DNA from: Eledone cirrhosa
Taxonomy: Eukaryota
Reading direction: 5' to 3'
Assembly: GCA_964016885.1 (NCBI GenBank)
Contig: OZ024761.1
Coordinates: forward strand, 23,126,001-23,190,000
DNA: 64,000 bases
In this document: piece by piece, positions 29,993 through 45,097 of the stretch
How positions within the stretch are numbered: the stretch's first letter is position 1
How the letters are laid out: each line of letters opens with the position of its first letter
Notes under the pieces: generated by a model
Told to the model about the DNA's origin: nothing
Seen by the model: the letters and a program-made list of their open reading frames with translations, nothing else
Databases searched by the model: none
Made by a program: the position numbers and the translations under genes

Positions 29993-30134
29993 TCTCAATC
30001 TCCATTGAAATATACTTAGAGATGTATGAATAAATACTGATTTCTGATTTAGACACATGGACAACAATTTTGGGGGCCTGGGAAAAGTCGATGTGCAAAT
30101 ATATATATATCCGATCCTTATATTTATAATAATA

Positions 30135-30262
30135 ATAATGATTTCTAGTATAGGCACAAGGCCGGTAATTTGGGAGAAGGGGAAAGTCGATTAAATCGAC
30201 ACCAGTACATTACTGGTACTTTATTTTATGGATGCTCTACCGATTACTGCCAGTGCAATCCA
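30135..30262 (-). mobile_element. SINE family A, internally deleted
   Basis: ggcacaaggcc..ccagtacattactggtactttattttat..ctctaccgat.actgcca. Confidence 0.75.
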
Positions 30263-30378
30263 TAATACTACAAATAACATTTTAGTCTGGTTCACCAATC
30301 TTGATCTGTCTCTCTAACAATTGTCATACACTAGAATTTTTTTCCAAACGCCGACGCGTATATGTATATGTGTATATC

Positions 30379-30562
30379 TATGTATAAAAGACAGTTTTGC
30401 GACCCCGTATGTATAAAAGACAGTTTTACGACCCCGTATGTATAAAAGACAGTTTTACAACCCCGTATGTATAAAAGACAGTTGTACGACCCCGTATGTA
30501 TAAAAGACAGTTTTACGACCCCGTATGTATAAAAGACAATGTTAACCTAGGTGGGATTTGAA
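30379..30562 (-). repeat. 29-bp minisatellite (about 5.5 copies) derived from the SINE A core
   Basis: Unit tatgtataaaagacagttttacgaccccg; the last unit continues as gttaacctaggtgggatttgaa, which is SINE A sequence. Confidence 0.85.
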
Positions 30563-30699
30563 TGGTTTCTAATTTAGGTACAAGGCCAATATTTTAGTGG
30601 GGGTAGGGGAAGAATTTATTATATTGACTCTAGAGGGTCCCATCAGAAGCAACCATCTCCAACTGATATAAAGTTTAGTACTGATCAAACACCCTAATA

Positions 30700-30905
30700 A
30701 TAATTTTCGACTTTTGGCACAAGGTCAACAATTTTTGGGGAAGAGAAAGTCGATTAAATGGAGCCCAGTGCATTACTGGTACTTTATTTTATCGACCCCC
30801 GTAAGGATGAAAGGCAGAGTTAATTTCAGCAGGGTTTAAACTCAGAACGCAAAGGGCCGTAACTCTATGCTACGAAGCATGGCGTCCGACCCTCAAACAA
30901 TACTG
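30700..30905 (-). mobile_element. SINE family A
   Basis: Near full-length match to other copies. Confidence 0.85.
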
Positions 30906-30919
30906 TGTTCGGACCTGGT

Positions 30920-30990
30920 GTAGATGAGAGAGATGGGGAGGGCGAGAGAGATGGAGGCGATGACAGTGGGTGTCCGTTCGGACCTGGTGT
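30920..30990 (+). mobile_element. 3' UTR fragment of the CRE-type element
   Basis: gagagatggggagggcgagagagatggaggcgatgacagtggg matches 46915-46958 and 63935-63978. Confidence 0.7.
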
Positions 30991-31533
30991 GCAGGGTCAG
31001 TTGTGTGTACGGAGGTAAAAGTGGCATGATTTTTACTCGTCCTTTCGTTGTTTAGCTTCTGTAATCAACAGAATTCTCCGATGATAACTATGAAGATGTT
31101 TCGGTCTTATTAAACCTTGTCAGCGAAATAGTAACACCGAGACGGTTAGTTCATTGGATTTTGATATTTACAGATAGAAAAAGAGTTACGATCAATTTTA
31201 GCCTGAAGTAATATAAATTAAATTATTACCATTTGTAAGACCAATTACGTCAACTGACAACTAGTCATGTCGGGTGTTTATTTTATTGTGTTACATAGGA
31301 TTCTGTATCATTTTCTCTCTATTTACTGTGTCAACGTCAGCGTGTGAGGTCGTATGTGTGTCTGTCTGTGTATATATATATATATATATATATTTATATG
31401 AACACACATACATGCGACCACACATACAAATTTATATACATATATATATATGTATATATATATGTATATAAATTTGTATGTGTGTGTATGTGTGTTCATA
31501 TAAATATATATATATATATGTATATATATATAA

Positions 31534-31564
<31 letters not shown>

Positions 31565-31567
31565 TAA

Positions 31568-31598
<31 letters not shown>

Positions 31599-31601
31599 TA
31601 A

Positions 31602-31634
<33 letters not shown>

Positions 31635-31719
31635 AATATATATATATATGTATATATATATATAAATATATATATATATGTATATATATATAAATATATA
31701 TATATATGTATATATATAA

Positions 31720-31750
<31 letters not shown>

Positions 31751-31847
31751 AATATATATATATATGTATATATATATAAATATATATATATGTATATATA
31801 TATGTATATATATATATAAATATATATATATATGTATATATATATAA

Positions 31848-31878
<31 letters not shown>

Positions 31879-31911
31879 TAAATATATATATATGTATATA
31901 TATATATATAA

Positions 31912-31944
<33 letters not shown>

Positions 31945-32017
31945 TAAATATATATATGTATATATATATATATATATAAATATTTATATATAAATATAAA
32001 TATATAAATATATATGT

Positions 32018-32049
<32 letters not shown>

Positions 32050-32254
32050 GAACACACATACATATGAACACACATACATGCGACCACATATACACACACA
32101 TACCCATTTATATTCATTATGTTCCAATATACATTCTCTGCAACACGACACTGTATGTGGCATTCAACATACATTTATACATGTATATGAAATGTACATT
32201 ACGGATTTTAATGAACTAAGACCAAATAAATGTGGCCTCGGAATTATATTGACA

Positions 32255-32487
<233 letters not shown>

Positions 32488-32807
32488 ATATATATTATAT
32501 ATATATATATATATTATATATACATATATATATACATATATATATACATATATATATACATATATATATACATATATATATACATATATATATACATATA
32601 TATATACATATATATATACATATATATATATACATATATACATATATATATATACATATATACATATATATATATACATATACATATATACATATACACA
32701 TATATATATATATATATATATACATATATATATACATATATATATACATATATATATACATATATATATACATATATATATACATATATATATACATATA
32801 TATATAC

Positions 32808-32838
<31 letters not shown>

Positions 32839-33181
32839 CATATATATATACATATATATATATATATACATATATATATACATATATATATATATACATA
32901 TATATATACATATATATATACATATATATATACATATATATATACATATATATATACATATATATATACATATATATATACATATATATATACATATATA
33001 TATACATATATATATACATATATATATACATATATATATACATATATATATACATATATATATACATATATATATACATATATATATACATATATATATA
33101 CATATATATATATATACATATATATATACATATATATATACATATATATATACATATATATATATATACATATATATATAC

Positions 33182-33276
<95 letters not shown>

Positions 33277-33354
33277 CATATATATATATACCTCATCATT
33301 CATCATCATTTCATTTTACGTCCGCTTTTCCCTGCTTGCAAGGGTGGGACGGGA

Positions 33355-33712
33355 ATAACTTTGAAATGTTTTGGCCAGTATTGGCCCAGGCCATGTCTAA
33401 CTTAATAGCACCACCTGGCGAAGTCTTTCAATTCAGGATTTGGGCACCATGGCCCATTCGAGAAGAGAATTACTGTTTGCGGAGACATATCCGGGTGTGG
33501 GTGGTTTGTCCGGGATTTCTTGGAGGAATTTGTCCAAAGACTTCTTGAATTTTGTGTGGTCAGTTTCTGTTTTGACGTGTCCTGGTGTGATGTTGAAGAG
33601 AGAAGGGCCGATTGAGGTGAAATAATTGTGCCGTATTGTTGTTATGAGTTGCGATTTAGATTTTTGTTTGGGACGGATAGCATGGGTCACAAGCCTTGGG
33701 TGTATTTTGTGT
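33355..33712 (-). mobile_element. CR1/L2-group LINE 3' fragment
   Basis: Encodes [43 protein letters not shown], typical of the invertebrate CR1-group ORF2 C-terminus. Confidence 0.8.
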
Positions 33713-33727
33713 ATATATATATAGGAA

Positions 33728-33938
33728 CGATCGACTTTCGTCAAATCGGACCGAGGGAACAATGTTTCCGTTGGTCTTTCCAATTGCTAATACTATCTAT
33801 CGGTCGCAACTCCAGGTAGAAGGAGCAACGTGAAATAAAGTGTCTTGCTCAAGGACATAACGCATCGCCTGGTCCAGGAATCGAACTCACAACCTTACGA
33901 TTGCGAATCCAATTCTCTAACCACTCAGCCACACACCT
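33728..33938 (-). mobile_element. CORE-type SINE family B
   Basis: A box, B box GTTCGATTCC, CORE-like block and shared tail. Confidence 0.88.
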
Positions 33939-33950
33939 TCACTTTGTGTA

Positions 33951-34051
<101 letters not shown>

Positions 34052-34260
34052 AGTAAGTATCTACACGTACATACATATATGTATACAGATGTACAGTAGT
34101 ATGTATATATATAAATACATACATGCACACATATATATATGTACGTATGGATTCACCGAACATTTATTATAATGCTCGGTGTGTTGTAAACAAACATCCC
34201 GTATTAAGCCGTAGTGTCTAGCAACCATCGTTGCTCGTTTGTTCAACACTGACAAAGGAA

Positions 34261-34301
34261 CGCTGTACTAGTTTCAAGCTTATTAGCTATCGTCAGCAAC
34301 G
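34261..34301 (-). ncRNA. type I hammerhead ribozyme with canonical core
   Basis: Minus strand: cgttg-CTGACGA-tagct aata agctt-GAAAC-ta-GTA/cagcg; stem I extends over about 34240-34328. Confidence 0.8.
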
Positions 34302-34520
34302 TATACCTTCCTGCCAGATTGTTGAACGTATATACTTACCTTATGCATATTAACGGCTGAGCAGCCCAATTTGCATATCGAGTGGGTTAATCGGCCGGGT
34401 GCACCGAAAACGATAAACGGAAAAAATGAAACGAAATTTCATTTCCCACTCTTAGTACGGCTGTTACTTAAATATAAGTATGTACACGTACATACATATA
34501 TGTATACAGACGTACAGTAG

Positions 34521-34566
<46 letters not shown>

Positions 34567-34620
34567 TATGTATACGTACATACATATATATACAGACGTA
34601 CAGTAGTATGTATATATATA

Positions 34621-34659
<39 letters not shown>

Positions 34660-35079
34660 CGTACAGTAGTATGTATATATATATATATATATATATAAGT
34701 ATGTATACGTACATACATATATATATATACAGACGTACAGTAGTATGTATATATATATATATTATATATATATAAGTATGTACACGTACATACATATATA
34801 TGTACACAGACGTACAGTAGTATGTATATATATATATACATACATGCACACATATATATATATGTACGTATGGATTCACCGAACATTTATTATAATGCTC
34901 GGTGTGTTTGTAAACAAACATCCCGTATACACACACACGTGTATACGTATATGTATATATGTATATGCATACGTGCACATATATATATACGAATATATAT
35001 ATTCATATATATATACATATATATATACATATATATATACATGTATATAATTAGATAGATACAGTTGAATGGACAAATA

Positions 35080-35137
35080 GATAGAGAGAGAGAGAGACAG
35101 AGAGACAGAGCCACAGGTAGACAGAGAGAGAGAGTGT

Positions 35138-35177
<40 letters not shown>

Positions 35178-35224
35178 TGCAGAGAGAGAGTGAGAGAGAG
35201 AGAGAGACAGAGACACAGGTAGAC

Positions 35225-35263
<39 letters not shown>

Positions 35264-35434
35264 GAGAGAGACACAGACAGAGAAAGAGAGACAGAGACAG
35301 ACAAAGAGAGAGAGAGAGAGAGAGACACACAGACACAGACAGAGAGACAGAGACAGACAGAGAGAGAGAGAGAGACAGAGACAGATAGAGAGAGACACAC
35401 AGAGAGAGAGAGCGACAGACAGAGAGTGACAGAC

Positions 35435-35480
<46 letters not shown>

Positions 35481-35486
35481 ACACAC

Positions 35487-35539
<53 letters not shown>

Positions 35540-35605
35540 GAGATAGACAGAGACAGACAGACAGAGACAGAGACAGAGAGAGAGACAGACAGAGACAGAC
35601 AGACA

Positions 35606-35645
<40 letters not shown>

Positions 35646-35708
35646 CAGACAGACAGAGAGAGAGAGAGAGACAGAGACAGACAGACAGACAGAGAGAGAG
35701 AGAGAGAT
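35080..35708. repeat. (GA)n/(GACA)n compound microsatellite
   Basis: Directly visible. Confidence 0.95.
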
Positions 35709-35764
35709 CTAGGTATGTTATGAACTGAGATAATTGAAACCTTTATTCAAATTAGTATTTTACC

Positions 35765-36756
35765 TGGGTGGGTGTTGTGTGGTTGGGTATGTATGTGTGT
35801 ATATATGTGTGTGTGTATGTATGTGTGTATATATGTGTATACATGTGTATATATAGGTGTGTATATATGTGTGTATTTGTGTATATATATGTGTGTATGT
35901 ATGTGGGTATATATGTGGGTATATATGTGTGTATATATGTGGGTATATATGTGTGTATATAGGGGTGTATATATAGGGGTGTATATATATGTGTATATAT
36001 ATGTGTGTGTATTTGTGTATATATATGTGTGTATGTATGTGTGTATACATGTGTGTATGTATGTGTGTGTATATATGTGTGTATGTGTGTGTATGTGTGT
36101 ATATATGTGTATATATAGGTGTGTATATATGTGTGTATATGTGTATATATATGTGTGTATGTATGTGTGTATACATGTGTGTATGTATATGTGTGTATAT
36201 ATGTGTGTATATATGTGGGTATATATGTGGGTATATATGTGTGTATATATGTGGGTATATATGTGGGTATATATGTGTGTGTATATATATGTGTGTATAT
36301 GTATGTGTGTGTATGTGTGTATATATGTGTATATATAGGTGTGTATATATGTTTGTATATGTGTATATATATGTGTGTATGTATGTGTGTATACATGTGT
36401 GTATGTATATGTGTGTATATATGTGTGTATATATGTGGGTATATATGTGGGTATATATGTGTGTATATATGTGGGTATATATGTGGGTATATATGTGTGT
36501 GTATATATATGTGTGTATATGTATGTGTGTATATGTGTGTATATATGTGTGTATATATATGAATGTGCTTATGTGTGTGTGCATTAATGTGCGTGTGTGA
36601 TGGACATTTCTATCTCCCTGTATGGTCATGTATGTGTGTGTATTTGTGGGTGTTATATATATATATATGTATGTATGTGTGTGTATGTATCTGTGTATGT
36701 ATGTGTGTATATATATATATATATATACATGTGTGTGGGTGTATGTATCTGTGTAT

Positions 36757-36790
<34 letters not shown>

Positions 36791-36827
36791 GTGTATGTGT
36801 GTGTATGTATCTGTGTATGTATGTATG

Positions 36828-36864
<37 letters not shown>

Positions 36865-37188
36865 GTGTGTGGGTGTATGTATCTGTGTATGTTTGTGTGT
36901 ATATATATATATATATGTGTGTGTGTATGTCTATTTGTGTGGGCGATGTGTGTGTGTCTATTTGTGTGGGCTTTACACATATGTGTGTATATCTATTTGT
37001 GTGGATGATATATATGTGTATATGTGTGTGTGTGTGTGTGTATATCTTTGTGTGGGGGTTATATATATAATGTGTGTGTTTGTGTGTGTATATATATATT
37101 TGTATGGGGTTATATATATATATATATTTATATATATATGTGTGTGTGTGTTTGTGTGTGTGTGTATATATATATATTTGTGTGGGGT

Positions 37189-37221
<33 letters not shown>

Positions 37222-37540
37222 GTATGTGTTTGTGTGTGTGTATATATATATTTGTGTGGGGTTATATATATATATATATATGTGTGTGTTTGTGTGTGTA
37301 TATATATATTTGTGTGGGGTTATATATATATATATGGATGTGTGTGTATATATATATATTTGTGTGGGCGTTATATATATGTATATGTATGTGTGTGTGT
37401 GTGTGTATATATATATATTTGTGTGGGCGTTATATATATGTGTATATGTGTGTGTGTGTGTGTGTGTATATATATTTGTGTGGGCATTATATATATATAT
37501 ATATGTGTATATGTATACCAATTCGTGTGTGGCAGTTTCG

Positions 37541-37577
<37 letters not shown>

Positions 37578-38340
37578 ATGTATTTATGTGCGGGTGTATT
37601 TGTGTGTATGTATGTATTTATGTGCGGGTGTATTTGTGTGTATATATGTATCCATTTGTGAGTGTGTTATTATATGTGTATGTGTGCGTATATATCTGTA
37701 TACATGTATGTATTTACTTCATATGTGTATATGCGTATATAATTGTGTTTATTTCGTAAATGTGTGTGTATGTGTATGTCCGCATGCGTGTGTGTATATG
37801 TGGGCGATTTATACGTGTATGTGTGTGTATCTATCTGTGTATACGTATCTATCTGTGTGGGCCTTTGATGTGTGTGTGGTTGCGCGGGTGTATATATCTA
37901 TATGTGTGTGTATGCGTACGTATATGTGTGGGCGTTTTATACGTGTGTATAAGTCTGTCTGTGTGTGTGTATGTGTACGTATGTGTGGGCGTTTTATACA
38001 TGTGTATAAGTCTGTCTCTCTGTGTGTGTATGTGTGTATACGTATATGTGTGGGCGTTTTATACGTGTGTATACGTCTGTCTCTGTGTGTATGAGTGTAT
38101 GTGTACGTATATGTGTGGGCGTTTTATACGTGTGTATAAGTCTGTCTGTGTGTGTGTGTATGTGAACGTATATGTGTGGGCGTTTTATACGTGTGTATAA
38201 GTCGTCTCTGTGTGTGTATGTGAACGTATATGTGTGGGTGTTTTATACGTGTATGTATATATGTACGTATAAAATGCCCATACTTATACGTACACACACA
38301 TACACACACATATATATAGACGTATATGTGTATTTGTGTG
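35765..38340. repeat. complex (GT/AT)n satellite with local duplications
   Basis: Directly visible; recurrent gtgtgggcgttttatacgtgtg units toward the right end. Confidence 0.9.
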
Positions 38341-38364
38341 AATCTATGAATGCGAAGGCCTGTA

Positions 38365-38645
38365 GGTAAGGGGTCAACGCTCACGATCTTGGAGGGTGAG
38401 TTCGATTTTCGGGGGCACCTTGCATCGTTAAGCAAAACCCTTTATTTCATGTTTTCCACTTAACCCAGTTGGCATAAGTAAGTTGTCCGTATGATTCCAA
38501 TGACATACACTATCACACAGTATATAACCGAATCTCCCTGAGAATTACATTAAATGTACACGTGCTTTTGGAATAAGCCGTTAGCGGGTCCATTTTGTGG
38601 GAACAACGAGAACGCTCGTCGTCGTAAATGACGTAGGCCCAACAA
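38365..38645 (+). mobile_element. degenerate tRNA/CORE SINE
   Basis: B box gagttcgatt, CORE-like ttaagcaaaaccctttatttca. Confidence 0.5.
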
Positions 38646-38659
38646 CATCACGTAGGTGT

Positions 38660-38723
<64 letters not shown>

Positions 38724-38754
38724 TGTGTAGGCGTCACAGATTGTTTTAGTAGAT

Positions 38755-38945
38755 TATCTGAGTCGTATTTTATCACCGTTATAAATTATCTTGAATGTAA
38801 TCCTCCTTAAGCACTCTACGTCAGTTGTCACCATTGATGTAAGGTGTGATATCACGTACACAGCCATCTCACTGAGTACTGGTATCTCATCAATATGATG
38901 ATGAAAACACTCTTCTACATTTCCATACTTCAATATATTAAGGAA
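38755..38945 (-). pseudogene. possible decayed hAT transposase C-terminal dimerisation-domain fragment
   Basis: Hand translation EIPVLSEMAVYVISHLTSMVTTDVECLRRITFKIIYNGDKIRL resembles PxLxxxA..xVERxFSxxKxIxxxxRxRL. Confidence 0.35.
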
Positions 38946-38949
38946 AACT

Positions 38950-41480
38950 CACACGAACACACTCACTCACTCACTCACTCACTCACTCACTCACTCACTC
39001 ACCCACTCACTCACAAACACACTACAGCACTCTTACACTCACAATCACACAGACACACACACCCACACACTACAGCACTCTTACTCACTCACACAGACAC
39101 CCACACTACAGCACTCTCACTCACTCACACACACTACACCACTCACAAACACAGACACACACACACACCCACACACTACAGCACTCTCACTCACTCACAC
39201 ACACACACACACACTACAGCACTCTCACTCACTCACACAGACACACACACACTACAGCACTCTCACACACAGACACATACACCCACACACTACAGCACTC
39301 TCACCCACTCACAAACACACACACACACTACAGCACTCTCACACACAGACACACACAGACACACACACCCAAACACTACAGCACTCTCACACACACACAC
39401 ACACACACTACAGCACTCACAAACACACACACACACACTACAGCACTCTCACTCACTCACACACACACCCACTACAGCACTCTCACTCACTCACACACAC
39501 ATCCACTACAGCACTCTCACTCACAAACACAAACACACACACACACTACAGCACTCTCACTCAGTCACACAGACACACACACACTACAGCACTCTCACAC
39601 ACAGACACACACACCCACACACTACAGCACTCTCACACACAGACACACACCCACACACTACAGCACTCTCACACAGACACACACAGACACACACACCCAA
39701 ACACTACAGCACTCTCACACACACACTACAGCACTCACAAACACAGACACACACACACTACAGCACTCTCACACACAGACACACACACCCACACACTACA
39801 GCACTCACTCACACAGACACACACACACTACAGCACTCTTACTCACTCACACAGACACCCACACTACAGCACTCTCACACACAGACACACACACACACAC
39901 CCACACACTACATCACTCTCACTCACTCACACACACTACAGCACTCACTCACACAGACACCCACACACTACAGCAGTCTTACTCACTCACACACACTACA
40001 GCACTCACAAACACACACACTACAACACTCTCACTCACTCACACAGACACCCACACACTACAACACTCTTACTCACTCACACCCACACACACACACACTA
40101 CAGCACTCACAAACACCCACACACTACAGCACTCTCACACACAGACACACACACCCACACACTACAGCACTCTTACTCACTCACACCCACACACACACAC
40201 TACAGCACTCTTACCCACACACACACACTACAGCACTCTTACTCACTCACACACACACACACTACAGCACTCTCACTCACTCACACACACACACTACAGC
40301 ACTCACTCACACAGACACACACACACTACAACACTCTCACTCACTCACTCACACACACACACTACAGCACTCTCACACACAGACAGACACACTCACACAC
40401 ACTACAACACTCTCACTCACTCACACACACTCACACACACTACAACACTCTCACTCACTCACACACACACACTACAGCACTCTCACTCACTCACACACAC
40501 ACACTACAGCACTCACTCACACAGACACACACACACTACAACACTCTCACTCACTCACTCACACACACACACTACAGCACTCTCACTCACAGACAGACAC
40601 ACCCACACACTACAACACTCTCACTCACTCACACACACACACTACAGCACTCTCACTCACAGACAGACACACCCACACACTACAACACTCTCACTCACTC
40701 ACACACACACACTACAGCACTCTCACTCACTCACACACACACACTACAGCACTCACTCACACAGACACACACACACTACAACACTCTCACTCACTCACTC
40801 ACACACACACACTACAGCACTCTCACTCACAGACAGACACACCCACACACTACAACACTCTCACTCACTCACACACACACACTACAGCACTCTCACTCAC
40901 AGACAGACACACCCACACACTACAACACTCTCACTCACTCACACACACACACTACAGCACTCTCACTCACTCACACACACACACTACAGCACTCACTCAC
41001 ACAGACACACACACACTACAACACTCACTCACACACACACACTACAGCACTCTCACACACAGACAGACACACTCACACACACTACAACACTCTCACTCAC
41101 TCACACACACTCACACACACTACAACACTCTCACTCACAGACAGACACACTCACACACACTACAACACTCTCACTCACTCACACACACACACTACAGCAC
41201 TCTCACACACAGACAGACACACCCACACACACTACAACACTCTCACTCACTCACACCCACACACACTACAGCACTCACAAACACACAGGCACAAACACAC
41301 ACATTACATCACTCTCACACACTCACAAACACCTACACACTCAGACACCCATACACGCACACAAACACACACTCACACACTCACAAATACACACTCAGAC
41401 ACCCATACACACTCACAAACACACTAACACACACACACACATGCACTCTCACTCACACACAAACACCTACACACTCTCTC
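38950..41480. repeat. CA-rich array punctuated by CACTACA(G/A)CACTC, with 240-bp higher-order duplication
   Basis: Motif recurs every 25-50 bp; 40441-40680 equals 40681-40920 and continues partly from 40921. Confidence 0.9.
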
Positions 41481-41637
41481 TGTCCCCTCCCCCCTCTTCA
41501 AACTGTTACTAAACGATCACTGTACTACCTCCTCCCCCTCCTACGTTATATCACCTGTTAAAGAGGAGGAGAGGTGGGAGTGAGAGGGGGAGGGGCCACA
41601 TCTGTTAATAACATTTCAGTTGACAGAGAGGAGAATA

Positions 41638-41720
41638 TTGGGTGTCAAGTATGAAATTTGTAGAAATTTGTTTATTGTTTTAGAAATTTCTACAAATTTC
41701 ATACTTGACTTGTCACCAAA
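41638..41720. mobile_element. mariner-derived palindromic micro-MITE (MADE-like)
   Basis: TA|TTGGGTGTCAAGTATGAAATTTGTAGAAATTT..AAATTTCTACAAATTTCATACTTGAC..CACCAAA|TA. Confidence 0.7.
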
Positions 41721-41815
41721 TACATCTTAGCACACACACACACGCACACGCACACGCACACACACACACATCTACAGACACACCCATGTAGACATACACT
41801 CACACACAGAAACAT

Positions 41816-41871
<56 letters not shown>

Positions 41872-42022
41872 TTTTTTTTTACATACATGCATACACACAC
41901 ACATATGTATATATATATATATATATACATGCATGAATATATATATGCACACACATACATACACACGCGCATAAATGCATATATATATATGTAGGTGTGT
42001 GTATATATATATATATATATAG

Positions 42023-42056
<34 letters not shown>

Positions 42057-42238
42057 GTGTGTATATATATATATATGTGTATATATGTGTGTGTATGTAT
42101 ATATGTGTGTATATATGTGTGTGTATGTATATATGTGTGTATATATGTGTGTGTATGTATATATATGCATATATGTGTGTGTGTATATAGATATATATAT
42201 GTGTATGTATATATGTGTGTATGTATATATATATATAG

Positions 42239-42273
<35 letters not shown>

Positions 42274-42516
42274 GGTGTGTGTGTATATATGTGTGTGTAT
42301 ATATGTGGGTGTGTGTGTATATATATGTGTGCGTGTGTGTGTATATATATATGTGTGTGTATATATGTGGGTGTGTGTGTATATATATGTGTGTGCGTGT
42401 GTGTGTATATATATATGTGTGTGTATTAATATATAGGTGTGTGTGTATGTGTGCGTGTGCGTGTATATATATATGTGTGTGTATATATATATAGGTGTGT
42501 GTGTATATATATATAG

Positions 42517-42562
<46 letters not shown>

Positions 42563-42834
42563 GCATCAGAAATATCATATATTGCAGTGCTAAATCGTTT
42601 TCCTCCAACCATTCAAATGTAAATTAAACAATTTTAATTAAATCTCACGGTTGAATACTTCCATGTTTTAGCTCTGTAGTTTCGCGGTCTGATTACTTGA
42701 TGGTCTAATATCTTTTAAAGATGGCGGTTTAATGGTTTATTGGTTCAAAAGGTCAACCATTAGAAGTATTTTTGGTTTAATGTTTGACACTCCACTATCT
42801 TAGTTTTGTCTTTTACAAAAGTGCATTTGGAGAA

Positions 42835-43130
42835 TAATAATTGTTTCTACTTTTGGCACAAGGCCTGCAATTATCTCAGTGTATTACTGGTACTTTATTT
42901 TATCCCCCCCCCCCGTAAGGATGAAAGGCAAAGTTAACCTCGGCGGGATTTGAACCCAGAAAGGGCCGTACCTCTTTGCTGCAAAGCATGGCGTCCGACC
43001 CTCTACCGATACCGCAAATCCAATAACGATTTCTTATATAGGCACTAGGCCACCCATTTTGGCGGATGGGAAAGTCGATTAAATTGCCACCCAGTGCGGG
43101 AATAAAATAAAGTACCAGTCACGCACTGGG
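42835..43130 (-). mobile_element. SINE family A: one full copy, a tail fragment and an inverted fragment
   Basis: Matches other SINE A copies. Confidence 0.8.
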
Positions 43131-43258
43131 GCAGATTAGTGGGTGCCGGGGTGGGGTAAAAGATGGGGTTTGTGCGTGGTGGGAGCTAAAGGAAGTTGGG
43201 TAGAGAGTTGAAACCGTTACCAGTCCAGATCTGCAGAAGGAAAATCGTGCGCTGTTCG

Positions 43259-43380
<122 letters not shown>

Positions 43381-43385
43381 GCACG

Positions 43386-43479
<94 letters not shown>

Positions 43480-44384
43480 CGTGTGTATGTATGAACATAT
43501 GTTGGGGATATTTCTTTTGTTTATAAACAAACACTGACACATACATAAGTATTATAGATTCATACACACACACATACATACACGCATATATATATGTATA
43601 TATATATATATATATATGGGCTAATATGAATCTATATCATTTGTTCATCAATAACTGTTCTTCATGCAAATGTCTCGAACAGGGAAGAATAAAATACAGT
43701 AAAAACAGCAGCAATAACAACAACAGCACACATACCACCAGCAATAACAACAGCAACAACAACAACCACATCACAAAAACAACACGAATTAAAATAACAA
43801 AAGCAAAACCAAACAGAAAGGACCCCCCCCCCCCCCCCCCCAAAAAAAAAATATATATATATATATAATCAACAAAATCAAACCTCGAAACACTACGGTT
43901 ATCTCCCTGTCAAAACTTTACAGGTCTGCACATAATACACTAAAAAAAATATAAAAAAAATACAACACCAGCAACAACAAAAATGATTATATTTTACATA
44001 CTAAAACAAATATTTACAAACATCAGAGAAGACGTGTAAATATTATAATACTATACAATACTACAATACCGTACAACAAAAACAATATTGACGGCATAAA
44101 AAAACACCTTTATAGAATCAGAAGGATCTGAGAGATTTTTATCATCAGAAAGAGCGTTGACGTAGCAACAATTCAGGTAACAGCTTTTACAATTACGACA
44201 AAGAAACACGTAATGTCTTTAATCATACAAAGAATCAGGAGGTGGCTCCCATCCCGTAGCATACATAAAATAATGCATCCAGATCAGAGGATAATATAAC
44301 ATGATAGAAATAGCCCCCCCCCCCCCCCCGCCCCTAAAAATATATATATATATAAAGTTAATAATATATATATAATAATAATAA

Positions 44385-44580
44385 TAATAATTGTTTCTAT
44401 TTTAGGCACAAGGCCAGCAATTACCCAGTACATTACTGGTACTTTATTTTATCGACCCCGTAAGGATGAAAGGCAAAGTTAACCTCGGCGGGATTTGAAC
44501 TCAGATCATAAAGGGATGTAACTCTATGCTTCAAAGCATGGTGTCCGACTCTCTACCGATTCTGCCAATCCACCGCCCTA
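44385..44580 (-). mobile_element. SINE family A
   Basis: Minus strand A box TGGCAGAATCGG, B box GTTCAAATCC, core and (ATT)n tail. Confidence 0.88.
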
Positions 44581-44621
44581 ATAATAATAATAATAATAAT
44601 GAGAAAAGAGAAAAAAAAGAA

Positions 44622-44655
<34 letters not shown>

Positions 44656-44917
44656 AAAAAACTAAAGATAATATAAGGCAGTGTTATGGTATATATATTG
44701 ATATCACACATACATACGCACGCAGGCACATATGTGCACGCCTGCACGCACCCAGACACACACACATACACATACACATATATATATATTTGTATGTACG
44801 TACATGCATGTATGAATTTGCGGACGCATATACATGCACGTACGCACACATACTCACATATATACTTATATATATATATATCCACATAATTTTATTGGCT
44901 TCAGGCATTATATGCGT

Positions 44918-45003
<86 letters not shown>

Positions 45004-45053
45004 GTGTGTGTGCGTATATATATATATATATATATATATATACGTGTGTGTGC

Positions 45054-45097
<44 letters not shown>

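Noticed and set aside
38895-41561. 888-aa His/Thr-rich ORF
   Set aside because: CA-rich repeat that rarely forms stop codons; no domain or codon structure
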